DNA from: Antedon mediterranea
Lineage: Eukaryota > Animalia > Echinodermata
Reading direction: 5' to 3'
DNA: 64,000 nucleotides
Assembly: GCF_964355755.1 (NCBI RefSeq)
Contig: NC_092673.1
Span: forward strand, 12,062,948-12,126,947
The translations under genes and the position numbers were made by a program. Positions within the stretch are counted from its first letter, which is position 1, and the number at the start of each line of letters is the position of its first letter. Of the stretch, positions 22,701-34,994 are shown piece after piece. The notes beneath the pieces are model-generated. The model was given only the letters and a program-made list of their open reading frames with translations, was not told the origin of the DNA and did not search any database.

Positions 22701-25700
22701 TGTAGAGTATTATTTGAAAAAAACTAGGTACTCATTTGAATTTATTTTTCTCAAAAACTCATTTTAAACAGGTTTAAAGGGTTAATGTTCATTAGATGTT
22801 AGGGTGCAAAATAATGATTTGAATGATATAATATTGTTTGAAAATCGTTGCCAGAAAACAGTTTGATATGAATATCTTTATACAATATTTTACAGAACCA
22901 CAAATAAAATGGGAATTTTCACAAATGAATATTTATAGTTTAAAAATAAATAGTGTAAAAAGTTGTCCTTTACAGTACCTTACAGGTTCATAGGAACCCT
23001 AGTACATTGTTTTAGTTTATAGTGATATATCAACAAAATAACACAAAACTTTTTTTTTTCTACAGAGGTGGATGAAATGTAAGTTGCAGTACATTCAGTA
23101 TTCAAAGCTTCGTTGCGGTGTAATAGCCCTCCAGAAAGCTGTACGTCTTCATCAACAAAAGCGTCAAAAAGCAACTGTTACCTTGCAATCTTACTTCAGA
23201 ATGTTCCAAATTCAGAAAAAAGTATGCAATATGAAGAATGCTGCACTAAACATTCAGGTAGTTTAGAAACTTTTATTAATTTTTTTGTATTTTTAAAAAT
23301 TATTATACTGTATGTTGTAATTAAAAAAACTGCTATAGTATTATAAACTCATATAATGTTTCTTAGTGCCTTCACAAATATGAGAATGTCTTGTAAGATT
23401 ATTATTTTCATACAGTAAAATTTTATTTAATGATGTATATATAGAGGGTCTGGCGTGGTTACATTGTCCGGAAGAAATTGAAAATAAAGAAATTGAAATT
23501 GATTCGTGGACGTTTCATTGTTGCAACTAAGGAAGCTACAGAAGATAAAAAACTGTGCAATCGCACAGAAACGGCACTTGATTACATTATGAGATACAAG
23601 CAGGTGTCGCACATTCTTGAAGCTTTGCGAAATTTAGGTGAGGAAATTTGATATTGTCAAAATCTTGGTTTTGTACCGTAGGTAGAATAATTAAATAATA
23701 GAATGTGATAAACATTTAAATAAATTATAACAAGTTACGACTAGTTAGTATTGAGTGACCAAAATGTATTTACATATTTAACATGTTCATTTTCAGATGT
23801 TGTGACACGTCTTTCTCCTGTATGTTGTGAAAAAATAGTGGAAGGCCAGGCTCTACCTATAATCTTTATTCTCATCAAGAATTGCAATCGTAGTTTACCT
23901 TGTATGGAAGTTGTGAAATATTGTATCAATATTCTTACACACCTGGCTAAGGTATTTGTATTCTTCTGTATCAATAATAATGACAAATATGCAACTTAAA
24001 CTCCTGAAATGTTATTATAGTTTTTTGACTTTTTACCAAAAAAAATGTGACATTGGAGTTTAACTTTTGTTATTGTGTGTAATTAAATAAACAATTAAAA
24101 AAACCATTGTTATATCTTGTAGTACCCCAAGACCTGTGCAGCTGTGTATGACATTCCAGATTGTGTCATGTTTTTGATTGAACTGATTCAGATGTATCGC
24201 GAGAAGCCAAAGTTGTTTGTCAGTATTTGTAAACTTCTTATAGTTTTTTGTCAAAATGAACACTATGCAAAGGTAAGTATCAATTGAAATTGATGATGAT
24301 GATGATGAAGTTGACTCAATATCACATTCTGACGTCAAATAGTAACCAATAGTACTTGGCAAGGACCCGAGTTTTCAATTACATTACCCTTTTCTGGTCT
24401 GCTATTCAATGGTGAATCTCTATTTAACAGGCATTGTACTTTCTTTTCAACTGAACTTTACATCCAAATCATTCATTATTTTATGAAACTTTTAGCTTGT
24501 AAATAAAAGTCTTAAAAAACTTATTAGCTACATCATACATTCTGATAAAGGTATGTTTTCAAAATTGTTTACACTTTTAATTTTAAAAAAATTCATAATT
24601 TGACAAACCTCAATTCCTACAGTGGAGCAGTGGCCTAATTTGTGTGGCTAGTGGTGCCATGCATTTTTAAAATATAGAATTAAACCGTAAACAATTACTA
24701 AAACATACCTTTTACTAAATATCTGGTGTAGCCTGACCTGCCACATGCAATTAAACTCTCCAAAACCGACATGTATGCAGATGATACTATAATCTACTAC
24801 TCATCAGCTTCACCAAATATTATTGAACTTAAACTAAATGAAGATCTTTCAAATATTAAAAGTTGGCTTAAACAAAACAAATTAATTATAAACTGTAAAA
24901 AAACATCCTCAATGCTTATTGGAACCCATAAAAAACAACACAAAACCCTCCGCCTCACATACAATAACATACCCATATCACAAACTGACAAACAGAAACA
25001 TCTTGGCATTCACATTGATTCAAATTTATCTTTTTCTTTTCATGTAAATAAACTCTGTTCCAAACTGGGCTTGTCCATCTCCATCTTATCGCGTGCCCGT
25101 CATTTCATTAATAAACACACATCCATACTCCTCTATAACACTATAATCTTTCCACACATTGATTATTGCTGTAGTGTTTTCGGAACCAGATCGAATATTG
25201 ACCGAATACAGACCATGCAAAATAGAGCATTTCGCATTATCCTTAAAGCTCATCCTCTCACACCACGAACATTTACAACACATTAAATCTTCATACAATC
25301 CAAGATCTACAACTGGGCTGCCTTGCCTACAGGTCTGCAAATGGTCTTGCCCTGCGTCTTGCCAGAATTCCAAATAATCGATGTACTCGAAGTGTCAGTG
25401 AGAGGAACTTTCCCTAAAACTGAAACTTTTAAGAACAGCTTCATCTATAGAGCACCAACATACCTGAATTTGCTACCCACCAAACTAAGAAATGCGGTAA
25501 CAATAAATAATTTGATGTCTGCTCTAAAAAAATATTTAATCCCAAAAGAAAAAACTCGTTGTGTATAGTATTGTAGATATATTTTTGTAATAAGTACATA
25601 TATAATATATATTTTTATATTTTTTTAAACATAGTTCATCCTCGTTTTTTTTCCATATTAGTTCTTTTTATAATGTCTATATGAGGGCCCCTTGATTGTC

Positions 25701-26892
25701 AGCTTAGGCTGTTTAGGGTCGCCCTCACTAAATAAGGTTTATTATAATAAAAATAAAATAAAATAGCCTAAGTGACTCAGTGCTGACATCAGAATACCAT
25801 GATAAACTATTTTATAATTTATCATTATAAACTTATAAACTAAGGGTATGTTCAGACTCACAGAGTTGCGGTGGAATTATGTAAGCGGCGTACATATTTT
25901 TGTGTCTGAACCATGCCGCGGATTAGCGTTAGGGAGCTGTTACTCCGCGCCAGTGGCGTTAATAACTCTAGCGGGAGAGGGTAGATTTCGTACCGCTAAT
26001 CCAGTGATGCATCAGTGATTTTAACCTTAACCAATGAAAATACACAACCACGATTAGCAGACAGCAAGTACATACCCGTACCCTATGATACGACAGCGAA
26101 ATAGCTATGTCAAATGTATTTTCAGGTTCAGATTTAAAGAACAGTAAAGTTGGCGTCAGTGATATGATATTTTCATAAAATTAATCAGATAATTGTCCGT
26201 GTAACAATTAAATTTTAAATTATTTCGAATTAAAATGCAATTATACAAGTAGTAAGAACAAATCAGTATATTTGAAGGAAAACATTATATAAATATAAAA
26301 AACAGAGTGTTTTAAACGCAAGGCATTGGAATGTTGGTCGTTGTATAACACCTTGGCTTTTAACGCCACGGATTACCGTACGCCTTGCGTAGCTAACTCC
26401 ACCGTAACTCCGTGAGTCTGAACATACCCTAAGTCTCATTTGAGGGTTAGGGAGTGAAGTTACAACCCTATCACTAAGTCAGGATTGAACCCTGGACCTT
26501 GGGATTGGAAGGCAAGCACAGTAACAACCAAGCTACAACTCCACTACAACTACATAAATGTTTTTCATATTCATATTAAAAGTTGATCTAATTGTTAACT
26601 GATTAAAATAATCAAGGTATTTCACTTGCTGACTGTATTTCACTCACTGGTAGCCATTGATCATTTTGCTTTTTCCTAGAAAATTCGATGTCTTCCTAAA
26701 TTTGCTGAGAAGATGCAGAGTATTCATGTCTTGACAAAACGGAAGCATAAGCTGGCAGTTCAACGAGTCATTGTAAAGAAACAAACACAATTTTTACCCG
26801 ATTGGGATTTATCAGCAAAACCTTGTATGAGCGACAACCCATTGCTGGTGGTTGAAATGTTGATGAACCTTTTACATTTAAAACCAAAATAA
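4755..26892 (+). CDS. ASPM: Abnormal spindle-like microcephaly-associated protein (CH domains, IQ repeats, C-terminal ARM/HEAT-like region); 5' exons not found in the window
   Basis: Hand-spliced GT-AG exons with consistent phases: 4755-5475, 5812-5964, 6280-6516, 6664-6731, 7149-7290, 7829-7959, 8975-9150, 9783-9916, 12496-12575, 13904-14119, 14693-14849, 14981-15108, 15367-15495, 16497-16691, 17192-22339, 22538-22687, 23066-23257, 23445-23637, 23797-23951, 24123-24272, 26680-26892 (8868 nt, ends TAA). ASPM signature peptides: [111 protein letters not shown]. Confidence 0.97.
8450..8720 (+). mobile_element. tRNA-headed SINE with a Deu/Nin-like central domain
   Basis: A box TGGCCAAGTGG and B box GGTTCGAG. 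The body GTGCACTTTTAAAAAACCCAGTTCATTATTTAAGATGAGTAGGAGTTACCCTGGTG resembles the DeuSINE conserved domain as I recall it. Confidence 0.55.
10408..10478 (-). tRNA. tRNA-Val(AAC)-like gene, possibly a pseudogene
   Basis: Minus strand reads GGTTTCGTAGTGTAGTGGTTGTCAAGTCTGCTTAACACGCAGAAGGTCCCGGTTCGAGCCCTGGCGAAACC: perfect 7-bp acceptor stem, TCTGC/GCAGA anticodon stem, AAC anticodon, A/B boxes and a downstream TTTTT. One mismatch each in the D and T stems. Confidence 0.75.
10689..10760 (-). pseudogene. Degenerate tRNA-Val-like copy
   Basis: Minus strand reads GGCTTCTTGGCGTAGTGGTTATCACGTTTGCTCAATACGCAGAAGGTACCTGGTTCGAGCCCGGGCTAAACC followed by a T-run. Three acceptor-stem mismatches and an altered anticodon loop. 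Confidence 0.75.
12609..13089. mobile_element. Kolobok-like MITE, copy 1 (left end truncated)
   Basis: Homologous along its length to 13128-13665; right end AATACATCT followed by TTAA. Confidence 0.8.
13128..13665. mobile_element. Kolobok-like MITE, copy 2 (538 bp)
   Basis: TIR AGATGTATTGTCC / GGACAATACATCT with TTAA duplication (13124-13127, 13666-13669). Purine-purine termini plus TTAA fit Kolobok. Confidence 0.85.
17192..22339 (+). CDS. ASPM: ASPM giant IQ-repeat exon (5148 bp, 1716 codons)
   Basis: Acceptor TTTTTGTAG at 17191 and donor GTAAGC at 22340, phase 0/0. Continuous IQxxxRGxxxR-type motifs; corresponds to ORF 17213..22351. Confidence 0.97.
18719..20533 (+). repeat. Coding 69-bp tandem repeat, 26 full units plus a partial one ([23 protein letters not shown])
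   Basis: First Gln codon at 18719, last at 20513; 1794/69 = 26. Units differ at only a few nucleotides. Confidence 0.97.
24735..25765 (+). mobile_element. 5'-truncated L2/CR1-group LINE (end of RT, 3' UTR, A-rich tail) in the last ASPM intron
   Basis: YADD motif, [31 protein letters not shown], then a frameshift to [10 protein letters not shown]. 3' hairpin GAGGGC..GCCCTC at ~25683-25726 and a (TAAAA)n tail. Confidence 0.88.
25844..26429. mobile_element. PIF/Harbinger MITE (586 bp)
   Basis: TIR GGGTATGTTCAGACTCAC / GTGAGTCTGAACATACCC with TAA duplication (25841-25843, 26430-26432). Confidence 0.9.
26445..26546 (-). mobile_element. tRNA(Gly-like)-derived SINE head, related to 1039-1353
   Basis: Minus strand GTGGAGTTGTAGCTTGGTTGTTACTGTGCTTGCCTTCCAATCCCAAGGTCCAGGGTTCAATCCTG aligns with 1043-1108. 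Confidence 0.65.
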
Positions 26893-27616
26893 ACCTACAA
26901 GTAGTAACATCTTATTGGCATAAATGCACAATCAGATGTTTTTTACTTTCTTGTACAGTATTTGTTATAGTAGGCATACTGTAGTTAATATTTCAATTTA
27001 ATTACATTTATCTAATGATACATGCTTGCAACTTTCATTCTTTGTAAAGTACATTGGTGTTTAATTGTAATCCCATTTGTTTTTCGAACATTGCAGAGAA
27101 TGTTTAAAATACAGGGCTCATTGATAGATTACTTTACTGTATATATTTAAATGTGTCCATGAGGGAAAAAAATCAAGTTTGATAAATTGCGATTCTGTTT
27201 AATTAATAGTTTCAAATAATTATTAAAAATAAAAAACCACTACTGATTTAACAGAATCAATTACCTGTATTTTAATAAAATATGTATTTTTTAAGGATTC
27301 GGTTTTAAATGTACGGTATATGAATTTTGTCAATGAATGTAATTTTAATGTTTCAATAAAATCTGCACAATAATCTTTCATTGATATTATTTCAATAAAT
27401 ATAGGCATCTGGCACTGTATTTATATCATTACAAGTATTCATTTTCCTTTGTGAGGTACACTACTGTGTTCTTAAATAACTTTTAAAATATTTAGCAATA
27501 ATAATTTTTCATTACACATCAACAGTTTAAACTTATAAAAATTTGGGTAAATATACAGTAGTAAAAAATAGGTGTGTAAAGCATCTCTCCAATAGGTGTG
27601 TAAAGCATCTCTTCAA

Positions 27617-28196
27617 GGGCGCGTTTATACAACACGCATATTCAACACGCCTACGAGAAGTGTGTTGTATAACATCGAAGAGATTCCGTGTAATGAGATT
27701 TTAATTGCAAAAAAGGCTACTTGGCTGAATCCTAAATTTTTGTGGATTCCCGGTTGCTGTTGGCGTGTTGGAAGTGTCCTCAGGGTATTGTTTTGACCTC
27801 TCGTTAAATAAAAGTATGTGCTGTGAAAATTTTGACCAAATCTAGTAGATAATTGTGATTTTTTTGCATATCTTAACCTATTTAGCACTTAACATTAACG
27901 CTAATCAAATGTTGGCATAATTTGGCAAAATGTAGCATAGTTTTAGTTTTTCTAAAGCAGATTTAAAAAATCAAAAATTGAATAAACTAAATTTTAAACG
28001 TTAATATAAACTCATATTAATTCATAATGCATGCAAGTATATATATAACTTAGGATTATGAACTACGGGGTATAACACGGTATTACGATTTCATGTACTG
28101 TATAACTGCAAGGTTTTTGTGGGGTTGACCTCGGCCCGTGCAACACGCTAAAAATTAAAGACGTGTTCAAATTTAGGGTGTTGTATAAACACAGCC
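27617..28196 (+). mobile_element. PIF/Harbinger-like MITE, copy E1 (580 bp)
   Basis: 19-bp imperfect TIR GGGCGCGTTTATACAACAC / GTGTTGTATAAACACAGCC with CAA on both sides. Confidence 0.75.
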
Positions 28197-28367
28197 CAAT
28201 AGGTGTGTAAAGCATCTCTCCAATAGGTGTGTAAAGCATCTCTCCAATAGGTGTGTAAAGCATCTCTCCAATAGGTGTGTAAAGCATCTCTCCAATAGGT
28301 GTGTAAAGCATCTCTCCAATAGGTGTGTAAAGCATCTCTCCAATAGGTGTGTAAAGCATCTCTCCAA

Positions 28368-30794
28368 GGGCGCGTTTATACAACACGCTATTACACGCAT
28401 ATTCTACACGCCTACGAAAAGTGTGTTGTATAACAACAAAGAGATTCCGTGTAATGAGATTTTAATTGCAAAAAAGGCTACTTGGCTGAATCCTAAAATT
28501 TGGTGGATTCCCGGTCGCGATTTTTTTTTTCGTACATAAGTTGGGGACCCCCTCATGAAACGTCACAAAATAAACATGAATAATTCATCAGTTAAATTTT
28601 CTTGTTCCGTGTGCACCCAAGCGTATAGCAACAAGAAGTGATTACAGTAGTTTACACAAGTGCGGTACGATTCTAGGCCTATCTCCGCTGTTGTTGCGGC
28701 GTGCGATTTCATAGAAGAATAGCGGCGTTTTGTGTGGATTGTCGAAATAATCAGCCTTTAGTTTATGGTGTTTTTAATATAATTTTTTACTAAAGAATTA
28801 CGTGTTAAAACTATAGTTTCTATTAATACTATTAGGCCTAATTATTAGTCTCTAAACCCATGTCTATTCTAGTAGTAGCTGTGTGGGTGTGTGTGACGTG
28901 TGTGTGTTAGGTATGACCAAAGAAATAGTTACACTATAGTGTAACTATCTTTGGTATGACACAATCCGAGTAATAAGTCAGCAAAATTAAACAATAAACA
29001 TTACACAAAAATACATTTTTATTCTCGTGGGTCAAATCTTCCCATCTCATGTGTTCATATACGCGCATTTTTAAAGTTCCTTTGAGTACATGCATATTGT
29101 TTGATAATAAAATAGCAGAATTAAAAAAATACAGTACACAAATTATACACATTCTTTATTCTTGTGGGTCTAAGCTTTCTTTGGGCTATGTCCAATGAAT
29201 TACTACTTAGTTTAATGTCTTGCCTAGCTGTCGATTAGCCTCGACTCGACACATTTTGTGTGAAGAAGAGTGCGCGAAGAAGAGTGCGCGAAGGCAATCA
29301 CGTGAATTTACTTATAATCCTAGGCCTACTGTAGAAAGTATCGTATCGCAGTTGTGTAATCACTTCTTGTTGCTATACGCTTGGGTGCACACGGAACAAC
29401 AAATTTAACTGATGACAGTTTACAGTCTAGTAGGCCTAGGATATGTCAATTCACGTGATTGCCTTCGCGCACTCTTCTTCACACACACACACACACACAC
29501 ACCACTATGCAAAATGTGTCGAGTCGAGGCTAATCGACAGCTAGGCAAGACATTACACTAAGTAGTAATTCATTGGACATAGCCCAAAGAAAGCTTAGAC
29601 CCACAAGAATAAAGAATGTGTATAATTTGTGTACTGTATTTTTTTAATTCTGCTATTTTATTATCAAACAATATGCATGTAATCAAAGGAACTGCGCGTA
29701 TATGAACACATGAGATAGGAAGGTTAGACCCACGAGAATAAAAAATGTATTTTTGTGTAATGTTTATTGTTTAATTTTGCTGACTCTAGTCTAACACACA
29801 CGTCACACACACCAACACAGCTACTACTAGAATAGACATGGGTTTAGAGAATAGTAATTAGGCCTAATAGTATCAATAGAAACTATAATTTTAACACGTA
29901 ATTCTTTAGTAATAAATTATATTAAACACACCATAAACTAAAGGCTGATTATTTCGACAGTCCACACAAAACGCCGCTATTCTATTATGAAATCGCACGC
30001 GGCAACCACAGCGGAGATAGGCCTAGAATCGTACCGCACTTGTGTAAACTACTGTAATCACTTCTTGTTGCTATACGCTTGGGTGCACACGGAACAAGAA
30101 AATTTAACTGATGAATTATTCATGTTTATTTTGTGACGTTTCATGAGGGGGTCCCCAACTTATGTACGAAAAAAAAAATCGCTTCCCGGTCGCCGTTACC
30201 GTGTTGGAAGTGTCCTCAGGGTACATTTTGACCTCTCGTTAAAACAGGTCGTAATATCAATCATGTCATGCGACATTGCTAACAAGATTGGGCCCATTTA
30301 TTGCTGCTTCGCTGCCAGCAATCATCCTCCTACCACGTCTTACGCCTAGCCTAGTGGGGCCAACTCGTAGTGGTAGTAGGCATCTATCGTTTCCCACTCC
30401 AAACAGAATAAAAAAAATAACATCGCAAAAATGGCATCTTCTTCCATAGTGTATAGATGAAACAATGAAACCCTTAAAATAACTTTTATTAATTTAAATG
30501 AACCGAGAACAAAATAAACAACAATGCAAACGTGAACGAATACAATATAATGAAAATGGTAAAAACCGCGCGAATCGACAGCGAGGAGGCGACGATGATT
30601 GTTGACAATTCAAGCGCGATCAACGATTTGACCTTTTATCCTAGCATGCACTGCGTGTTGATGAAACTTCCGGTATAACACGGTATCGTGATTTCTAGTA
30701 TAACAGCAAACGTTAAGGTGGGTTGACCTCGGTCCGAACAACACGCTAAAAATTAAAGCCGTGTTCAAATTTAGGGTGTTGTATAAACACGACC
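28368..30794 (+). mobile_element. Same MITE family, copy E2, with a nested foldback element
   Basis: Same TIR (right end GTGTTGTATAAACACGACC) and CAA flanks (28365-28367, 30795-30797). Without 28517-30191 it is nearly the reverse complement of E3. Confidence 0.8.
28517..30182. mobile_element. MULE/foldback-type non-autonomous element, almost wholly palindromic (1666 bp)
   Basis: Perfect 9-bp TSD TTCCCGGTC (28508-28516, 30183-30191). Arms ~28517-29333 and ~29428-30182 are inverted copies; the empty site is visible in E3. Confidence 0.9.
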
Positions 30795-31084
30795 CAATAG
30801 GTGTGTAAAGCATCTCTCCAATAGGTGTGTAAAGCATCTCTCCATAGGTGTGTAAAGCATCTCTCCAATAGGTGTGTAAAGCATCTCTCCAATAGGTGTG
30901 TAAAGCATCTCTCCAATAGGTGTGTAAAGCATCTCTCCAATAGGTGTGTAAAGCATCTCTCCAATAGGTGTGTAAAGCATCTCTCCAATAGGTGTGTAAA
31001 GCATCTCTCCAATAGGTGTGTAAAGCATCTCTCCAATAGGTGTGTAAAGCATCTCTGCAATAGGTGTGTAAAGCATCTCTGCAA

Positions 31085-31831
31085 TACACCCTAAATTTGA
31101 ACACGGCTTTAATTTTTAGCGTGTTGTTCGGACCGAGGTCAACCCACCTTAACGTTTGCTGTTATACTAGAAATCACGATACCGTGTTATACCGGAAGTT
31201 TCATCAACACGCAGTGCATGCTAGGATAAAAGGTCAAATCGTTGATCGCGCTTGAATTGGCTGAGTTGTCAACAATCATCGTCGCCTCCTCGCTGTCGAT
31301 TCGCGCGGTTTTTACCATTTTCATTATATTGTATTCGTTCACGTTTGCATTGTTGTTTATTTTGTTCTCGGTTCATTTAAATTAATAAAAGTTATTTTAA
31401 GGGTTTCATTGTTTCATCTATACACTATGGAAGAAGATGCCATTTTTGCGATGTTATTTTTTTTATTCTGTTTGGAGTGGGAAACGATAGATGCCTACTA
31501 CCACTACGAGTTGGCCCCACTAGGCTAGGCGTAAGACGTGGTAGGAGGATGATTGCTGGCAGCGAAGCAGCAATAAATGGGCCCAATCTTGTTAGCAATG
31601 TCGCATGACATGATTGATATTACGACCTGTTTTAACGAGAGGTCAAAATATACCCTGAGGACACTTCCAACACGGTAACGGCGACCGGGAATCCACCAAA
31701 TTTTAGGATTCAGCCAAGTAGCCTTTTTTGCAATTAAAATCTCATTACACGGAATCTCTTTGTTGTTATACAACACACTTTTCGTAGGCGTGTAGAATAT
31801 GCGTGTAATAGCGTGTTGTATAAACGCGCCC
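31085..31831 (-). mobile_element. Same MITE family, copy E3, inverted, one TIR truncated
   Basis: Reverse complement of E2 without the foldback insert. Ends ..TATAAACGCGCCC then CAA; about 15 bp of the other TIR is missing at 31085. Confidence 0.8.
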
Positions 31832-33959
31832 CAAGGTGTGTAAAGCATCTCTGCAATAGGTGTGTAAAGCATCTCTGCAATAGGTGTGTAAAGCATCTCT
31901 CCAATAGGTGTGTAAAGCATCTCTGCACATAAAAAGGACAAACTATAAGAAAGTGATAACTTTGACAATTTTTTCCATTTACCAATTTTAAACTAAAAAA
32001 AAGTGAAACCTGGTAAAAATCATTGTTATATGCAACAACATTTCTGACCAATCTAAACTTTAAAAAAAATTAGCTATTCTTCAAACAATTTCTGTTTTTC
32101 TATATCAGTAACCCTTCTTTAAAAGTTTGTGATGAATAGCATAATGTGAGTTGATAAATCCAAACATTACCAAAGCCTGTATAACATTTCTAGCCTAACA
32201 GTGCTTTCTTTAATTGCGCACTGTAACAATTTAGTTTATTATTTTTCTTTATTTTGTTACCAGTATAGTACAGCAGTTATAACCATTCTACATGCACAAG
32301 TATTCTATCTACCTAGTTCTGTAATACTGTACTAGCAGGGTTCGAGGCACTGTTTTTTATTCCAATTTGGAGAATCGTGTAACACGTATGGAAATGTTCA
32401 ATTTGTTTATGTTCGAATGAATCTCGATTCCAAACCCATACTGTACGTTAAAATTGTTTTTTATCACAAATTTTATTCCATAAAGGGATTACTGCAACTA
32501 AATGTTCTTAAAGCAATATTAACTTTTGACAATTTTCTTCAAAGCATTATTCCACAAACCATTAAATTGGATACAACTCCAACCAGAGCCATTGAAAAGA
32601 GTCACAAAAGAATATCTAATTTATATAAGAGTTTTCTGTAACCCCTTTTAATGCTGGGTCGCCAATTAATAGTAGATCATGTTGCATAAAGGTGATTAAT
32701 GAATTGATTTTTCGATTTGTATTTTATCACTATTGTTGATTTGATTAAGCTTGTGACTTAAGTCATTTATCTATTTCCTTGTATTCAAACATTGAACATT
32801 TAAATGGTAGTGTCAGAGTATTGTTTATTTTAACATGAGTTTCTAATGATGTAATACATTTTCCCACTTACACCTAGATTAAAACATTCAAATACAAACA
32901 GAAAAAATAAAGACTGAAAAGAATTGCATTTAAAATGTTTTATTCCAAAACAATGTACAGTAGTAAAACATTTATAAAAAACTTTACATATCTAAATTTC
33001 CAGCATTGAGTTAATTTATATACATTTTCATTTATTTATTGTCTTTTTAAATTATATTATGCTCATAAAATCCATTGAAATGGTTGTAGAGATGAACAAC
33101 CTTGTTTATAGATGCATTGCGTGCAATAGCAAATATTTTTATATTATCTCATGTGGGTTGATTTATAGGTCTATTTTATTGTCTGCTACAAAAACAACTA
33201 CTGAACTTGTCCTATCTTTTGCATTGAAATTTAAGGGTGGGGTGGGGGTGTTGCACCTGTTTCTGTACAAAATTGAAAACATGATTTCAAGAAAACTTTC
33301 ATATAGGCTAAGTTATTGATGAAGACAGCAGAAATGGCAATTCCAGAAATTGTGAAATCTCGGAAAATGATATACTTATACTGTAATAGGTTTTACAACA
33401 ATTGTAGTTAAACAGTTGAAGTACTTTCATCATCACTTTGCTCAAAACAATCTAGTCCTTCAACTACTAAAAATAGTCTGGCAGCCAAGGGCTTGCAATC
33501 TTTTCTTCTTTTTGGATTTTGATTCTCGATACTATGAGAATGAAGAATTTTTTAACTGGGCATTAAGCAATTTGCATAATTAGCATAAACAAAATGGCCG
33601 CTATTTTCATACAAACATGCTATATCTCTGAATTTACTGGACACATTGAGTTAATTTTTGTGTCAAATTGTTCACAATGTATATGTTTGTATTAGCTATA
33701 ACAGAAATTGTTTTGTAAAATTAACCGGAAACTCCATTTTTAGCAATTTTGACATTTGACCTATTTTTGCTGTATCGAATTAACAGCAGGTTAGAGGGAA
33801 TTAAAACTAGGTGCAAAATTGTTTCCAAGGTATATTCAGTCTAAAAAGAAAATTGCCAGAAGTGTGGTAATTGACCTTTAGCATAAATTAATAAATTTAT
33901 TCTATATTTTGATAATATAAATCAATAAATAAATAAATATTTGTTGTAGGTAGCCAAAT

Positions 33960-34545
33960 TTGGTGCAATATATTTTATTTTATTTCAACCACATCCAACA
34001 GCAAAAAATCGCCAATTACAGGATGCCTTAAAACTGTTTAGATATAATTATAAATATAGAATTAAAAGCACATAAAAATACAAAACATGAAACATACAAA
34101 AAGGAAAACTTAAATCGATTTAAGAACTTTAGACCTAAATTTGGACAAAGTGTCAAAGAAAATATCGATAGTCTTATCTTTAATAGAAATTAAATTAAAA
34201 AGCTTGGATAATCTTTGAATGAAACCATTTTTGGTTACGTTGACTCGACAACGGGCAAGGGAAAATAAGTCGGGTTGCGAGAGTTTGGTCGATTTAAAAA
34301 GGGAGTTGAAGCATTTAAAAAGAAATACCAAATCGAAAAAAGCTTCTCCGAGTATGAAGCGGAGGAAGATGAATTAAAGGACTGGGATTGTTGTGGTTAA
34401 TAAAGTAAATAAATTTGGATTGAACCCGTTCGATACGATTTGATTGGGAGATCAAAATGGAATTGTAAATTGTTGATGAAAAGTCAAAAATAGGTCGGAC
34501 AAGAGAGTTTAGTAACACTATCGATATTTTTAGTGACGCCAAAGC
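33960..34545 (-). mobile_element. Degraded LINE 3' fragment (CR1/L2/Jockey group)
   Basis: SLVRPIFDFSSTIYN..IERVQSKF..LPPLHTRR, then a frameshift to (D)LVFLFKC; typical of the region C-terminal to RT. Confidence 0.75.
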
Positions 34546-34994
34546 ATACCTAACATTATATATATATAGGTCTATATATGTTTATACTTCATTTTTTTTA
34601 AAAGTGACCGGAACATGCATTTTTTTGTGTATTAACATTTGACTTGTTTTTCTCACTTAAATGGTTCTATGCACGTTCAGCTTTTTGTACAAAAAAAAGA
34701 TGGAAAGAAATACAGTAGTCATAATCAGTCTATTGATCATTTTCAATTATGATTTTTTATATCACTAAAATTCACAGTAAGGTGTGTTATAAAACAAATA
34801 ATTAATGTTTAGTATTCTCACCATTCAACTTGAAACATTCAAATATTTGTATATCAATAGTAAATTATTATACCTTTGATATTTTTTGTTTGTTTTTTCA
34901 ATCAAAATCAAAATCAACTTCCCAATATAGTCATTAATGGAAGCTGAATCTCTTTCATAAGACATCTGCTGTTTTGAATTCTGTAATAATTGCT

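Larger units (their letters stand above)
27567..31927 (+). repeat. 24-bp minisatellite (CAATAGGTGTGTAAAGCATCTCTC) in four co-oriented blocks of ~2, 7, 12 and 4 units
   Basis: Blocks at 27567-27616, 28197-28367, 30795-31084 and 31832-31927, separated by MITE copies. Confidence 0.95.

Noticed and set aside
27567-31927. CRISPR-like appearance of the 24-bp repeats
   Set aside because: Units are head-to-tail with no unique spacers, the interruptions are whole TIR elements, there are no cas genes and the context is eukaryotic.
28063-32051. ORFs with MLYTPIGE / RCFTHLLE / RDALHTYW repeats
   Set aside because: These are stop-free translations of the 24-bp minisatellite in several frames, with no splice or homology support.
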